Shown in pieces: positions 32,205 through 50,270 of a stretch of DNA of 64,000 bases. Each line of letters starts with the position of its first letter. The stretch's first letter is position 1. The notes under the pieces were generated by a model, which had not been told where the DNA came from, did not search any database, and saw only the letters and a program-made list of their open reading frames with translations. The position numbers and the translations under genes are program-made. The DNA is from the human T2T-CHM13v2.0 reference genome, Homo sapiens: assembly GCF_009914755.1 (NCBI RefSeq), contig NC_060929.1. The stretch is one strand, 5' to 3'.

Positions 32205-32597
32205 TGAAGGCAAAAAAACCTTAGACAACTTTAACGAAGTTTAAAAAGTATGTTCTGTTTTTGAGCAGAAAAAAGATTCGTGAACTGGTTAGTACTTAGC
32301 ACCAAAAGCAGTTCAGAATGCTCAGCCCCACAATGTGTGTAGGCTACATTTATAGCCAGAGAAACGAAAATAACTTAGGTTGCCTGATTGGCTGCAGTCT
32401 GGCATTTGCCTTACCTGAACATGTTTTAGCAGCCTTCAGCCGACGATTGACTGAAGGTTTGGCTGCTGTGATTGGCTAAAATTCGGCTACTTGTTAGAAG
32501 AACATACTTTTAGGTTAGGTTACGAGTTGTTTACACGTTAAGTTACAATTCACTGTGTACAGAGGCAGCTTTAGGCCAGACTTAATTCAGCTTCACA
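32205..32597 (-). mobile_element. ERV 3' LTR
   Basis: homologous to 39780-40114 (shared ggctgcagtctggc, gcagccttcagcc, tgtacagaggcagctttaggcca); adjacent purine-rich tract aaaatgagggacac on the - strand (32598-32611). Confidence 0.85.
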
Positions 32598-33059
32598 GTG
32601 TCCCTCATTTTGCTCAGCCCCTTAATTTTGAGAGATTGACCAAAATCCCACGCACTGACACTACCTTCTGTCACTATTTGACCTCATTATGGAACTCACA
32701 GTTTACAATGTTAAATCAGTTAGCGGATTCTGTATGTCTTCATGTTTCTGTTACTCTAACCGTAATGAGACCATTTGAGGTACAAAGGATGACTGCATTG
32801 GTGTACTTAAGACTACAACACATCAGTGGGGACCTTAGGATGGCTATCAGGAGTGTAATACCAAGAAACTGGAATGCATCCCTTAATATGAGTCTCCACA
32901 AACCAAACTGATTGGAATCAAACAACTCAAGTTCAGACGATAAAAATAGTTCAACAGCGTGCAAGCTCTGCTGCTCATAGCCTGTTCAGGGTATAATGGC
33001 AATTAAGGACATAGTTCACTATGAAGTACCTTAATTGTAAAGTGTTTGATTTTTTAGTT

Positions 33060-34990
<1,931 letters not shown>

Positions 34991-35330
34991 TTTTGCGATT
35001 GCAGTGAAGTCTTCATCCACATCTAGGGAAAGCTGTTCATGTCTAGGACGTGATCTGCTTCTGGGGAAAAACTTCCCTGGTTAGCTTTACCTTAAAGTCT
35101 CCAACAGGTGTGTAGTTCCAGGAGTCTGGAGAGGTCCTTTTGAGTTGTGAGATGTGGACCCAAGGTTCGAAGCCCTGAAGTTTTACCACAGTGTGGGTAA
35201 TAGAAGAACTTGGTATTGTCTCTTTCTGTGAGGTTTAAGGGCACTTTTTCTCTGATACCATCTCCAGAAGACCTAGTCTCAGGTTACAGATTGTGAAGGC
35301 TTTGATGGTCCTCTGTGGGTCACAGAAAGT

Positions 35331-37506
<2,176 letters not shown>

Positions 37507-37549
37507 CTATGTTCTTTTTTATGTATGTATGTATGTATTTATTTTTTGA

Positions 37550-37645
<96 letters not shown>

Positions 37646-37859
37646 TAAGCCTCCCGAGTAGCTGGGATTACAGGTGCCCGCCACCACGCCCAGCTTATTT
37701 TTTGTATTTAGTAGAGATGGGGTTTCACCGTGTTCGTCAGGGCTGGTCTCGATCTCCTGACCTCAGGTGATCCACCCGCCTCGGCCTCCCAAAGTGCTGG
37801 GTCAACTATGTTCTTGAGTAAGAACTCCTGATGCCTGATTGTTATGTTTATGAACAAAC

Positions 37860-38820
37860 AAGGTGAAGGGTTCAGTATAAGTTGGAAATCCTAGAGCAAC
37901 CATATCTGTTACTTTCCATCCTGGTTATATTTCTTAATTAGACTGCGAAGTTCTGAATGAAGTCCTTTTTAAATAGAGCAGTTAATGCCATTTCTGTCTC
38001 TGCAGGTTTCACAAGTAGTGTTTCTAAATGAGCTCTATAATCTGAAACCGGTTCATCTTTCTTTTGCCCACAAGATTATGTGATTGACCAATCAATTTTT
38101 TGTGGAAAAGCCCTAGGGATTGAATTTAAAAGATCTTCAGCAATTCTTCCAGTTCCTTTTTGCCTCCTCTTGGGGTTTTGGAGTGGTCTTTAGTATCCTC
38201 AGGCTGTTGCCATTCTGCTCCTGCTGTCAATTTTCAAGCTTCACCAGTATCATGTGAATAAATTGGTAAAGATTAGAGAGTCCTGAATCATAAGCTCTTA
38301 TGAGGATTCTCAATTTTCCAGTACGTTTTTGAGTATTTTCTCTTGGATTAGTTAAGTCTTTATGATGGCTCTAAGCTCAGCTTTAGACCATGGAGTAAAA
38401 GTGGTTACAGCAGGCAGGCTGGTTGACTAGAGAGTCTCACTTTGTAAGGCATTTGTCCAACTTCCCCTTTTTCATTAGCCTCAAGGAGAAAAGGTAACTG
38501 AGCAAAAGGGTTACTGTACTCAAAGCATCGAGGCAAAGAAGAGACAGAGAAGGAGCAATCCAGGTTCATGTGCTGCATGAGCCTTTCATTTGCGTTTTGT
38601 AAAGAATCTTTTAGGCAATTTTAGATTTGTATAATCCTTTAGATGCCTCTGCATACCGATTTAAAATGCATCCCGTTGTTTTTGTGGCGTTTTCGATCCT
38701 TTCTTTTCTAATGTGTCCCATAAATAAACAGTTTTATTTAAAGTTTCCTCATCGTGGCCATTTTAATTCTAAGTTGTTCCTAGTAAGGTTAACCTGTTTT
38801 TCTAAAAACAAGTTCTGGGT
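37860..38820 (-). pseudogene. ERV gag remnant
   Basis: hand translation gives matrix-like LELKWPR*GNF (~38740-38790) and capsid-like FTPWSKAELRAII...RAYDSGLSNLYQFIHMIL (~38245-38400). Confidence 0.6.
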
Positions 38821-39115
38821 CCATAATTTTGGTTTTTTTTTTTTTTTTTTTTTGAGACAGAGTCTTACTCTGTCACCACCCAGGCTGTAGCGCAATGGCA
38901 CGATCTCAGCTCACTGCAACCTCCGCCTCCCAGGTTCAAGCAATTCTCCTGCCTCAGCCTCTCAGCCTCCCGAGTAGCTGCGATCGATCACAGGTGTGCA
39001 CCACCGCCCAGCTAATTTTTGTATTTTTAGTAGGGAGGGGTTTCGCCACATTGGCCAGGCAGGTGAGGTGATTTGCCCGCCTCGGCCTCCCAAAGTGTTG
39101 GGATTACAGGTGTGA

Positions 39116-39445
<330 letters not shown>

Positions 39446-39758
39446 TAAAATTAGATGGAGTCCCAGACTCCTTGGATTGAAACAAACCCGTTATCAAAAG
39501 GATAACCTACCCAATGCCTCTAACTGGATCCATCCAGTTTATTATGGGATGCAGTCCAATCCAGGACCCAGTCCAGTAAAAATTGCTCAGATAAACTTGG
39601 AGAGCTCAAAACACAAATTTATGGAGCTCAGAATCCTAGGAAGAACTCACTATGACCTCCAGTTGCTGTGAGGGGTCAGTGGGCACAATGGGCCCTGGCA
39701 GATACCTTTTTTGCATGGTCACTCAGTGCTCCTGGAGGTTGCTGAAGTTATACTTTGG

Positions 39759-39776
39759 ATCCTACTTCTGACACCA
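39759..39776 (-). promoter_or_regulatory. ERV primer-binding site complementary to the tRNA-Leu 3' end (TGGTGTCAGAAGTAGGAT)
   Basis: atcctacttctgacacca, 3 nt from the LTR end; differs by one base from ATCCCACTTCTGACACCA (tRNA-Leu 3' end, recalled). Confidence 0.8.
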
Positions 39777-39779
39777 GTT

Positions 39780-40114
39780 TGTTAAAAGAAAAATTTTATA
39801 GACAAGTTAACTTTAACAGAGCAGAAAAGGGTTCATGAACCAGGTAGTGCTCAGGACCAAAAGCGATGGTTCAGAATGTGTGCAGGCTATATTTATAAGC
39901 AAAGAAACGGAATTGGCATACAGAGATAGCCTGACTGGCTGCAGTCTGGCGTCTGCCTTCTTTGGACATGTTTTGGCAGCCTTCAGCCTATGGTTGGCTG
40001 AGATCTGACTACTTGTTACAAGAGTAGACTCTTACATCAGGTTGCAGGGTGTTTACACATTAAGTTAGGTTATAATTCACTATGTACAGAGGCAGCTTTA
40101 GGCCAAACTTAACA
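39780..40114 (-). mobile_element. ERV 5' LTR
   Basis: tgtt...aaca termini; adjacent to the PBS; homologous to 32205-32597. Confidence 0.88.
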
Positions 40115-40250
40115 AAGGTCACCTTTGGAACCAGCACTAATTGTTGAGGGGGTCCCTGGGGTCCCTTTTTACCTAATGAAGATCTGTCTGAGTCTAATGA
40201 ATATATTGTACAATTTTTAAAGTCCCCAGTTGTGGGAGGTGAACTTGAAG

Positions 40251-40256
40251 AATAAA
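40251..40256 (+). terminator. ARL10: Candidate distal polyA signal for a long ARL10 3'UTR
   Basis: AATAAA followed by a T/GT-rich tract; use by ARL10 is recalled or inferred, not shown by the sequence. Confidence 0.45.
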
Positions 40257-42321
40257 GTTTCATTATGTTTACTTGAGCTGCTTTTATCAAGACCACTCTC
40301 AAAACCTCAGGTCCCAGCAGCACACTGAGGGCACTGAAGATCCAGAGTGTCACCGCTCTCTGATACTGGTACAGAATGTAGGTGTCCTAGAGCCTGTGGG
40401 TTGGTGGTCAGCAGCTGTGCTCCTCTGGCAGGGCTGCTGGCCTGTCCTCAAGGCACAGTGCCACAGTGCTCATCTGCTTTGGTTTCTACCACACGTAGAC
40501 TGGGCAAAGTGGGTGAACAGGCCTTAAGAACCTCACCTAACTGGCTCTGTGGTGCCCTTACCCAGCTGCTCCTGAATATGACTTTGTGATTCAGGAGCCA
40601 CAATCACCTGCTCTTGGGAACCAGTCCAGTTACCTGGAGCTGCTCATCTCAGAACGATCTAGCCTGGGTGATACTGTGTTCCCCCCACTGCCTAAACCCA
40701 ACAGCTGCCAACCTAGCTGAGCTTGGGAACAGAGTGAAATGTTTGGGCAGCTCTCATGTTCCAACAGAGATGGCTGGAGGGGAGGCTGTGGACCTGAGGG
40801 AGTGGGTGGCAGCGAGCATGCAGAGCGTCCACTCCTCACATAGAAGGGAAGTCTTCACTACACTTACCTGTTGAACCTGTGTCTGGTCACTCACCTGGCA
40901 CTGGGGGCCTTTGTTCTTAAGTAACTCAGATGAAGCAGTGGCTTCTGATTTTCCATTCTCTGACCTATTACCATCCCTCTGAAGAGAGGTCACCAGAGAT
41001 AGCTTCCTGGGATGGGCTGAGGAGGGAGGATCACTTGGGCCGGGAGGTTGAGGCTGCTTCTGCAGTGGGCCATGATCATGTCACTGCACTCTAGCCTGGG
41101 ATACAAGAGCAAGGCCGTCTCACAAAACCTACAAGACACACATGGCCTAGGGGTGGGGCTAGTGGTAGGGAAGGCTTCCTAAAGTTCATTCCTCACCTGC
41201 ATAAAGACACATGCTAAGGGGCCACCCCAGCCAAAGGCCTGAATTTGGAATCCTGTGGAGGACATAAGATGGGGCCAAATAGGCCCTCAGGAGCTCCGCT
41301 GCAGACTAAGCACTGCTGTGTGCTTCCGAGGGCCAGTCATTGCTGGAGTCTACGGCTGGCTCCAGTAAGGGGGCTTCTGGGACTCTCCCAGCCTGCCTTG
41401 ATGGTATGGGACTGATGGGCAGCCTTCAGGGGTCCTTAAAGGGGAAGACAGCAAGCAGAAAGCCTAGGCTTAGTTGTTGGACAGACTTCAAACCCCACCT
41501 TGACACCTTATAGCCTGTTTCTCTACCTGTAAGATGAGGATAAAACCACGCACCATACAAGATTTCACATGAAATGATCTATGGAAAAAACCAAGCCCTC
41601 CTTTTTGAGAACGAGCGACAAGAGACAGCTGATAGGCGATCCTGAGAAACCCTGGGAATAAGGTTTTTGTATGACTAATAGTTGGGGATCAAGTATCAGG
41701 ACATAAGGAAATGCCCAGGGCCCACTCCATACCCTGCTTGTGATCCTGCTGCATTGTGGACATCACCTCATGCCACCGAATCAGGCAAGCCTGGCCCCAA
41801 AGGATGGCCATGCCATGTGTAGCCCACTGCTTGGCACACAACAGAGTGGGATTCAGCAGTCCACCAGTCCCAGAAGCCAGGTTGGGGGCCTCGGATTCAC
41901 TTCAGACCGAGGCCAACATAAGCAATCCAAAGAAAAGCAGAGAAGGCAGGTCACTCAGAGGGCAGGCCAGGAGTTGAGCTCCTTACCCTCTGCCAGTCAA
42001 GCCACAGCTGGCCTCAGGCTAGGGCCCCACCAGCCCCCAGCCTAGTGGGGGGACTAGCGTGGGCAAGGCAGGCCCCTTCCAAACAGCCCAGGGTTGCCGG
42101 CAAGCTTCTGTAGAGTTGAGAGGAACTGCTGTGCGGGAAATGGGCAGAGAGCCATCGGGATGAGGCCAGAGGCCGTGCCTAGAAGAGCAAGTGAACGTAG
42201 CACTTGCTGACAGGCGGGATGGCCTCTCAGCCCCGGTAGAGGTGGTTTTCACCGGGGCAGCCCCAGGGTTTGGCTGAGAGCAGAAAAATACAAAATCATC
42301 AGAGAAGTAAAATATATTTGC

Positions 42322-42327
42322 TTTATT
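42322..42327 (-). terminator. NOP16: NOP16 polyA signal AATAAA
   Basis: tttatt on the + strand, ~270 nt after the stop. Confidence 0.8.
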
Positions 42328-42592
42328 ATGTACACACTATATTTACATCACCCACCCTGAAAACAGCAGGTTCTGGCTTTTCCGTGAACCCCCAGATGAA
42401 TATAAATTGGAGCCTCTGAGAACAGTTCCTTCCCCAGAGCGGGGAGTGTGCACGTGTGTGTGTAACCTTCTGATTCCATGGGACCTGGCCAGCTCCTCTG
42501 GAGCCACACAGCACCTCCTTGCCTTACACCCTGGCTCCAGCTTCACTGGTCCGGGGGACGCCTCAGCCTGGGGCAGCTGTGATGTAAACCAG

Positions 42593-42736
42593 TCACTCCA
42601 CCTCCATCTTCCTCTTCTGCAAAGAATCGAGGAAGTCTTGCCACTCTGCTGGGTAAAAGCGTTTATAGACGTTGATCTTACTCCGAATCTGTTTTGGGGT
42701 ATCTTGATAGTAATTCTTCTCATCACGGGCCATGGC
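42593..42736 (-). CDS. NOP16: NOP16 exon 5 AMARDEKNYYQDTPKQIRSKINVYKRFYPAEWQDFLDSLQKRKMEVE*
   Basis: ctcctcttag|GCC; TGA 42595-42593; the 5 exons sum to 537 nt = 178 aa + stop. Confidence 0.95.
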   Translation of the reverse strand, partial: AMARDEKNYYQDTPKQIRSKINVYKRFYPAEWQDFLDSLQKRKMEVE

Positions 42737-42823
42737 CTAAGAGGAGAAGGGCTACTTTAAGGAGGGCTAGACAGGCAAAGGCTCAAATCTGAACTCATCC
42801 TGAATTAGGCAAGCCACTTGCTA

Positions 42824-43197
<374 letters not shown>

Positions 43198-43582
43198 TCA
43201 TGACCCATCATAGCCAGCTAATCCTACTTGGGCCCAGGGGTCCAGTGTAGCCGGATCTTTCAACTGTTAAAGGAAGCCAAAAATAGACTTCCATCCTGGG
43301 TGACTGAGCAAGACTCTGTCTTGAAAACAAAAACAAACCAAAAAACACCATGCGAGCAAAACATTTATCTGTGAGTGAGACTGGAACCAAGGTCACTCAG
43401 TCTATCCTTGCCATAAGCATTCATTCAAGTTAGATCCCTGTCAATGGGATCCATTTCCTAGAGTCTCTTTTGCCTCCCTTTCTTTGCACTCGGTTTCAGG
43501 AAACAGGTGCTGCGCAAGCAGATCAAGCCGCGAATGGTCCAGGGCGCCTTCCCAGCCAGCCCACGGGGCCTGAGCCGCTCAC

Positions 43583-43689
43583 CTTATAGTCCTCCCCGTG
43601 GTTCTCTACCATGTAGCGTACATAGTCAATGAGGTCCCGAGACAGAGTATTTCCTTTCTTTTCTGGAAGGCTGGCTTCTGCCTCCAGGT
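43583..43689 (-). CDS. NOP16: NOP16 exon 4 DLEAEASLPEKKGNTLSRDLIDYVRYMVENHGEDYK
   Basis: actccag|AC ... AAG|gtgagc; 107 nt. Confidence 0.95.
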
Positions 43690-45201
43690 CTGGAGTGATG
43701 AGAGAAGCGGGGAGACAGGGAATGAGGCTTTGCTTTCTGTGCTCTTTGAGCTGTCCAATCACCCCTTCACCCACTCCCAAGCCACAAGACCCACCACACC
43801 AACCACCTGGGGGTCTTTGCCTCCCCATTCCCAAATCCATTGTTGGAACCTCCTTCAGCCCCTTGGATCCCAGACTCTGTCTCCTATGACCCACTCATCT
43901 ACCAGTATGGCAACTTTTGGAAAGGGAAGTCACTTCTCTCCGGGCCTCAGGTGGATTTACAAGGAAGGTACCAGACTAATAACCTCTACTTAGTGGCAGG
44001 TCTCAGGACAGAGATGAAGGCACATACCTGCCCACAGGACAGGGCTCCCTTCCAGCTATAAGCCTCTCAGAGAAGCTCTTGATGTATTATTGCAACACAT
44101 GAAATGGGACGGTCTAAATACATGAGATCTAGAGCTGCCGGGTCTGGGGCCTGAGGCTGGGCCCCAGCACCTTACTAGTGCTCCATGGGAGAGAAAAAGC
44201 CAGGATGTGGAGCCAACTAATGGCTTCACTTTTAAAATAGACAGGCAAATCCTACTCCATTTCTCATCTAGAAAGAGAGAGAAAGAGCTACCTCAGAGAA
44301 ATGAAGTAGTCGAATCATATCCAGAGGTTAGGTCCTCATATTGTATATAGTCAAAATTATCTTTGACACGGTTGCCAGGGGCTGGAGGTAGAGGAAGATG
44401 GGGAGTTGTTTAATGGGTATAGTTTCAGTTTTGCAAAATGAAAAGGTTTTAGGGACCTGTTGCACAACAAAGTCAATATCCTTTACTGAACAGTGCACTT
44501 AAAAATGGTTAGGATGGTAACTTTTATGTGTTTTTTAACCACATTTTAAAATTTTTAAAAATGTTCCTCTTTGACTACAGTAAGTGCCTATGGCTTGGTA
44601 TATACAATCCTGTGCAGTAATTCTTATGAGAACCACTGAGATAAAAGACAGGAACTCAAGGAATTCTGTATCAAATGTCTGGCCATTCAAATCCTTTATC
44701 TTTAGGGGAGCTGCTTAAACTCCCTGACAGGTAAGGGGAAGGATGAATGAAGAATTCTAGAGTATTCCCACTTTCCTGTAGGGTTTACTCTCCTCCGTTT
44801 TAGCGTTCACTCTCTATAGCCTTAATATACATAAAATCGATTTTGTCATTGGAACATTTATTGAGATGGTGGAATCCCTAAAAATCAGTTCATCCTTAAA
44901 TTCATGAGAAGCCATACCCATGCCAGAGATTTACTGGTTTCTCTTCTATTCTCCCAGGCACCTGGGTACATCCTCCCTAAACATCTCTGACCTTAGTTCA
45001 CACAGTAAGGTCAGGGTTTAGTCAGTACAATGAAAAATGAGCCAGCCAGGACACAGTCCTAACTCTGTGAACTTTGAACCAGCTCACTTCTCCCCTCTGA
45101 AACTTGGTTTCTCCATCTGCAAAATGAGGACATCTTAGGGCCCTTCCCAGCTTCCCACAGTGCAGGACAGTGACCTAAAGGAATATATGGACCACACCCA
45201 C

Positions 45202-45271
45202 CATTCAGCACATAGGGCTTCCGTACAAGCTCTTTAGGCCTCTCCTCTATGTCCACCTCCATGGCCTTCAC
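45202..45271 (-). CDS. NOP16: NOP16 exon 3 VKAMEVDIEERPKELVRKPYVLN
   Basis: ctctgcag|GTG ... AATG|gtgggt; 70 nt. Confidence 0.95.
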
Positions 45272-45422
45272 CTGCAGAGAACAGAGCCCTTGAGACCAGA
45301 AGGATCTTTGATGAGGGAAAGTTATAGACTCCTGCTTATCCCAACACAACTACTAACCCATAAGAATCCCTGCCCACGGTTAGGTAGAAGTAGGTAACAA
45401 TGAGAACTAATGCCCTGGAGGC

Positions 45423-46200
45423 TTTTTCTCTCTCTCTTTTTTTTTTTCTTTTTCTTTTTGAGACAGAGTCTCATTCTGTTGCCCAGGTTCAAATGCAGTG
45501 GCACAATCTTGGTTGACTGCAACCTCCCCCCGGGTTCAAGTGATCTCCTGCCTCAGCCTCTCAAGTAGCTGGGATTACAATCATGCGCCACCATGCCCAG
45601 CTAAATTTTGTGTTTTTAGTAGAGATGGGGTTTTGCCATGTTGGCCAGGCCGGTCTCAAACTCCTGGCCTCAAGTAATCCGTCTGTGCCTTTTACCCCCA
45701 ACACAATCTTGGTGACAAGGACTTTGTGTTTTGTTCTCTATTAAATCCCCAGGGTGCTTAGGATGTGACATGTTCTCAATAAGTAGTTAACCTAATGAAT
45801 GGGCTTCGCGAATGAATTTGTTCCATTGCCTTAGGCAAGTTTCTTTTTATTCTTTCATGCCAGAGGAAAATGGCACTACCATTTCTTGAATAAATGTGAG
45901 GCTACAGCCACACAGTTAGATAGTCCCTAAGGCAAGGAGTGTTATACCCATTTTATAGATAGGCAGGCAGAGAAAGATGAATTGCTTGCTTTTCTTTTGG
46001 GAACCTGGATTCTTTTAATAGTTGTTGAAGCCTCCAGGGGGCCAGGCGGATCACTTGAGGCCCAGCCTGGCCAACATAGCGAAACCCTGCCTCTACTAAA
46101 ACCACAAAAATCAGCCGGGTATGGTGGCACACGCTTATAATCCCAGCTATTTGGGACGCTGAGGTGGGATATAGCTTGAACCCGGGAAGGAGACTGCAGT
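45423..46200. mobile_element. Partial Alus in NOP16 intron 2: (-) ~45423-45685, (+) ~46038-46200
   Basis: Alu consensus fragments. Confidence 0.8.
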
Positions 46201-46592
46201 CAGGGAAGCCTAGGGAAGCCTCAGACCAAGGATGATTGAATAACAAAGAAAAGGTGTAAGTAAAGATCTCCAACTCTTAGGGAGTACTAATTAGGAAAGT
46301 TAAGGGTAGAAAAAGATAAATTAAGGAAAATACCGTTGAGATGCTAATGGGTTAATTTCAGAGAAAAAAGACTGAGTAGAGGGGGTATGGGGAATGTGTG
46401 CTGGGGAGGGAGTGTGACGAAGGTCGTAAAGAGACCCTTGCTCAACGTCAGTTGAGCGTTCTGACTGTGGGGAGGTCGAAAACTCGGAAGGGCCTGAGGG
46501 AAGGAATGGGCAGTACCACGTTCTGACACCTAGGTCAGTATGGCGGGGGAAGAGTAAAGAAGACAAGGACCGAGACCCTGCCATGTCAGTAC

Positions 46593-46701
46593 CTTTCTCT
46601 TACGGAGGGGCACCGCCCTGTTGGGGTCCACAGCCAACCCCATCTCGGCCAGGTTCTGCCGTACCGATTTAGCGTGGTCCCAGGCATGTCGGATGTGGGA
46701 G
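46593..46701 (-). CDS. NOP16: NOP16 exon 2 SHIRHAWDHAKSVRQNLAEMGLAVDPNRAVPLRKRK
   Basis: ccggtag|C ... AAG|gtactg; 109 nt. Confidence 0.95.
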
Positions 46702-46790
46702 CTACCGGCAAAGAGAGACATCGCGGATCCGTCATCTCGCGGACCGTCCCGGCCGAGGCCCACGGCCACCCGGAACCCCAGCCCCCTCAC

Positions 46791-46897
46791 CATTCGATCC
46801 GCGGCGCTGCCTTCCGTCGAGCATTCCGGTTCAGACGCTTTCGGTTGACACTGTAACCAAACTTCTGCCTCCGGGTTTTGCCCTTGGCCTTGGGCAT
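46791..46897 (-). CDS. NOP16: NOP16 (nucleolar protein 16) exon 1 MPKAKGKTRRQKFGYSVNRKRLNRNARRKAAPRIEC
   Basis: ATG 46897; GAATG|gtgagg. Confidence 0.95.
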
Positions 46898-47177
46898 CGC
46901 GCTGACCACCGCACCAGCAGCTCAAACACGCTGCCTCTGTCTCTCAGACCTCGTGTAACAAACTCCTTCCGGAAGGCGTGCACAAGGCTTTGCGGGCATT
47001 TGGGGAAATGTAGTCCTTTTGTAGCACTACCGTGCTGAGCACTACGACTCCCAGGATGCAACGAGCATTTGCGCCTGCGTACAAGGCTCAATTTATTCGT
47101 TTCCCCGCCCCTTTCATGACCTTCACCGGGAGGCTGAGGTCGGAGTCCCGATTTTCTCCTGCTGCTGTGGCCCGGAC
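46898..47177. promoter_or_regulatory. NOP16/HIGD2A bidirectional CpG promoter: ETS palindrome CCTTCCGGAAGG (46965-46976), two divergent ZNF143-type motifs (46994-47016, 47041-47060), NRF1-like TGCGCCTGCGT (47070-47080)
   Basis: start codons only 280 bp apart; motifs read directly. Confidence 0.85.
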
Positions 47178-47331
47178 ATGGCGACTCCCGGCCCTGTGAT
47201 TCCGGAGGTCCCCTTTGAACCATCGAAGCCTCCAGTCATTGAGGGGCTGAGCCCCACTGTTTACAGGAATCCAGAGAGTTTCAAGGAAAAGTTCGTTCGC
47301 AAGACCCGCGAGAACCCGGTGGTACCCATAG
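47178..47331 (+). CDS. HIGD2A: HIGD2A exon 1 MATPGPVIPEVPFEPSKPPVIEGLSPTVYRNPESFKEKFVRKTRENPVVPI
   Basis: gacATGG; ATAG|gtaagt; HIG1 domain start. Confidence 0.95.
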
Positions 47332-47688
47332 GTAAGTGGGTGCGGTAGGAACTGCACAAGGAGAGGACAGTGATGTCGGAGGGAAGGAAGTAGAGAAGGA
47401 CCAGAGCGCTAGCGGGGAGCGGAAGGAGAGCGGACTAGAGAAGAGACGAGGGGGCGGGGCGGTGAGGGGCGAAACTGATTGGAGCGGGAGCAGCGGGTTT
47501 AGGGGGCGGGATTTGGGGCCTAAGATTGGGAGGACTCTGTAACTAGGAAGACCTCGACTCGACCTACCCTCGCCGCCCTCCCTCCGCTGTGATCCAGAGA
47601 TCTTGGCTTTGGGGAAGCGAGACCCAAAGCGGGGAATGACCTGCGGGGCCCGACCTGCTGTTTCCCAGTTGCTTTGTCCCCTCCTCAG

Positions 47689-47855
47689 GTTGCCTGGCCA
47701 CGGCGGCCGCCCTCACCTACGGCCTCTACTCCTTCCACCGGGGCAACAGCCAGCGCTCTCAGCTCATGATGCGCACCCGGATCGCCGCCCAGGGTTTCAC
47801 GGTCGCAGCCATCTTGCTGGGTCTGGCTGTCACTGCTATGAAGTCTCGACCCTAA
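47689..47855 (+). CDS. HIGD2A: HIGD2A exon 2 GCLATAAALTYGLYSFHRGNSQRSQLMMRTRIAAQGFTVAAILLGLAVTAMKSRP*
   Basis: ctcctcag|GT; TAA 47853-47855; total 321 nt = 106 aa + stop; QLMMRTRIAAQ HIG1 motif. Confidence 0.95.
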
Positions 47856-48089
47856 GCCCAGGGTCTGGCCTTGAAAGCTCCGCAGAAATGATTCCAAAAC
47901 CCAGGGAGCAACCACTGGCCCTACCGTGGGACTTACTCCCTCCTCTCCTTTGAGAGGCCCATGTGTCGCTGGGGAGGAAGTGACCCTTTGTGTAACTGTA
48001 ACCGAAAGTTTTTTCAAAAATCCTAGATGCTGTTGTTTGAATGTTACATACTTCTATTTGTGCCACATCTCCCCTCCACTCCCCTGCTT

Positions 48090-48095
48090 AATAAA
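48090..48095 (+). terminator. HIGD2A: HIGD2A polyA signal AATAAA
   Basis: ttaataaactc ~235 nt after the stop. Confidence 0.85.
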
Positions 48096-48258
48096 CTCTA
48101 AAAATCCACTTGTATTTAATTCAGTATCATCCCCATGGTTTTTGGTCTTTGATTTTGGAGGAAACGGACTTTGGAGTGGTGCTTAGAAATCGTGTAGTCT
48201 AGTGATTCCCGAACTTTCCTAGTAACAGCCACCCAGGGCACTTTGAAAGCAGAGATTT

Positions 48259-49120
<862 letters not shown>

Positions 49121-49619
49121 TGACACAGTATAGAAGAGGAAACAGGCTCAGAGAAGCAGTCTGGTACAGTGGGAAGAACACAGTCCCGAAGCTCTCCAGA
49201 GATTTGTGTACATAGTGTTTGAGGGTTCTGGAAGAGGAGGCTGAGGACCTGAGCACACTCTAGAAGAGAGGTGACCTGTTAGTTCCTCCTTCATGTAGTT
49301 TCAAACAAGTATTCCTGGTCTGTGGTCAGCGCTCCTCAAATGTTGGATTTGAGGACCTGCGCTCTTCCCGAGTGATTGTACTGTTTTCAACACCAGCTTC
49401 AAGCTGGCAGAAGGAAAAAGGGAGTGAAGACACACCCCTTCTTGAACCCCCCAACAGTCTAGATCTCAGTGGAGGGCTGTACTAGGGCCAGCTAAGTTGC
49501 TTGCCTCCACCATGTTCTCTCAGCTTTGAGGCAGAGATGATAGATGTAGAGCAGTGCACTGTGGTGACCCTTGGCATCCAGATACAAGACAAGGACATGG
49601 AGTGATGACCACTGTTTGT

Positions 49620-50270
<651 letters not shown>

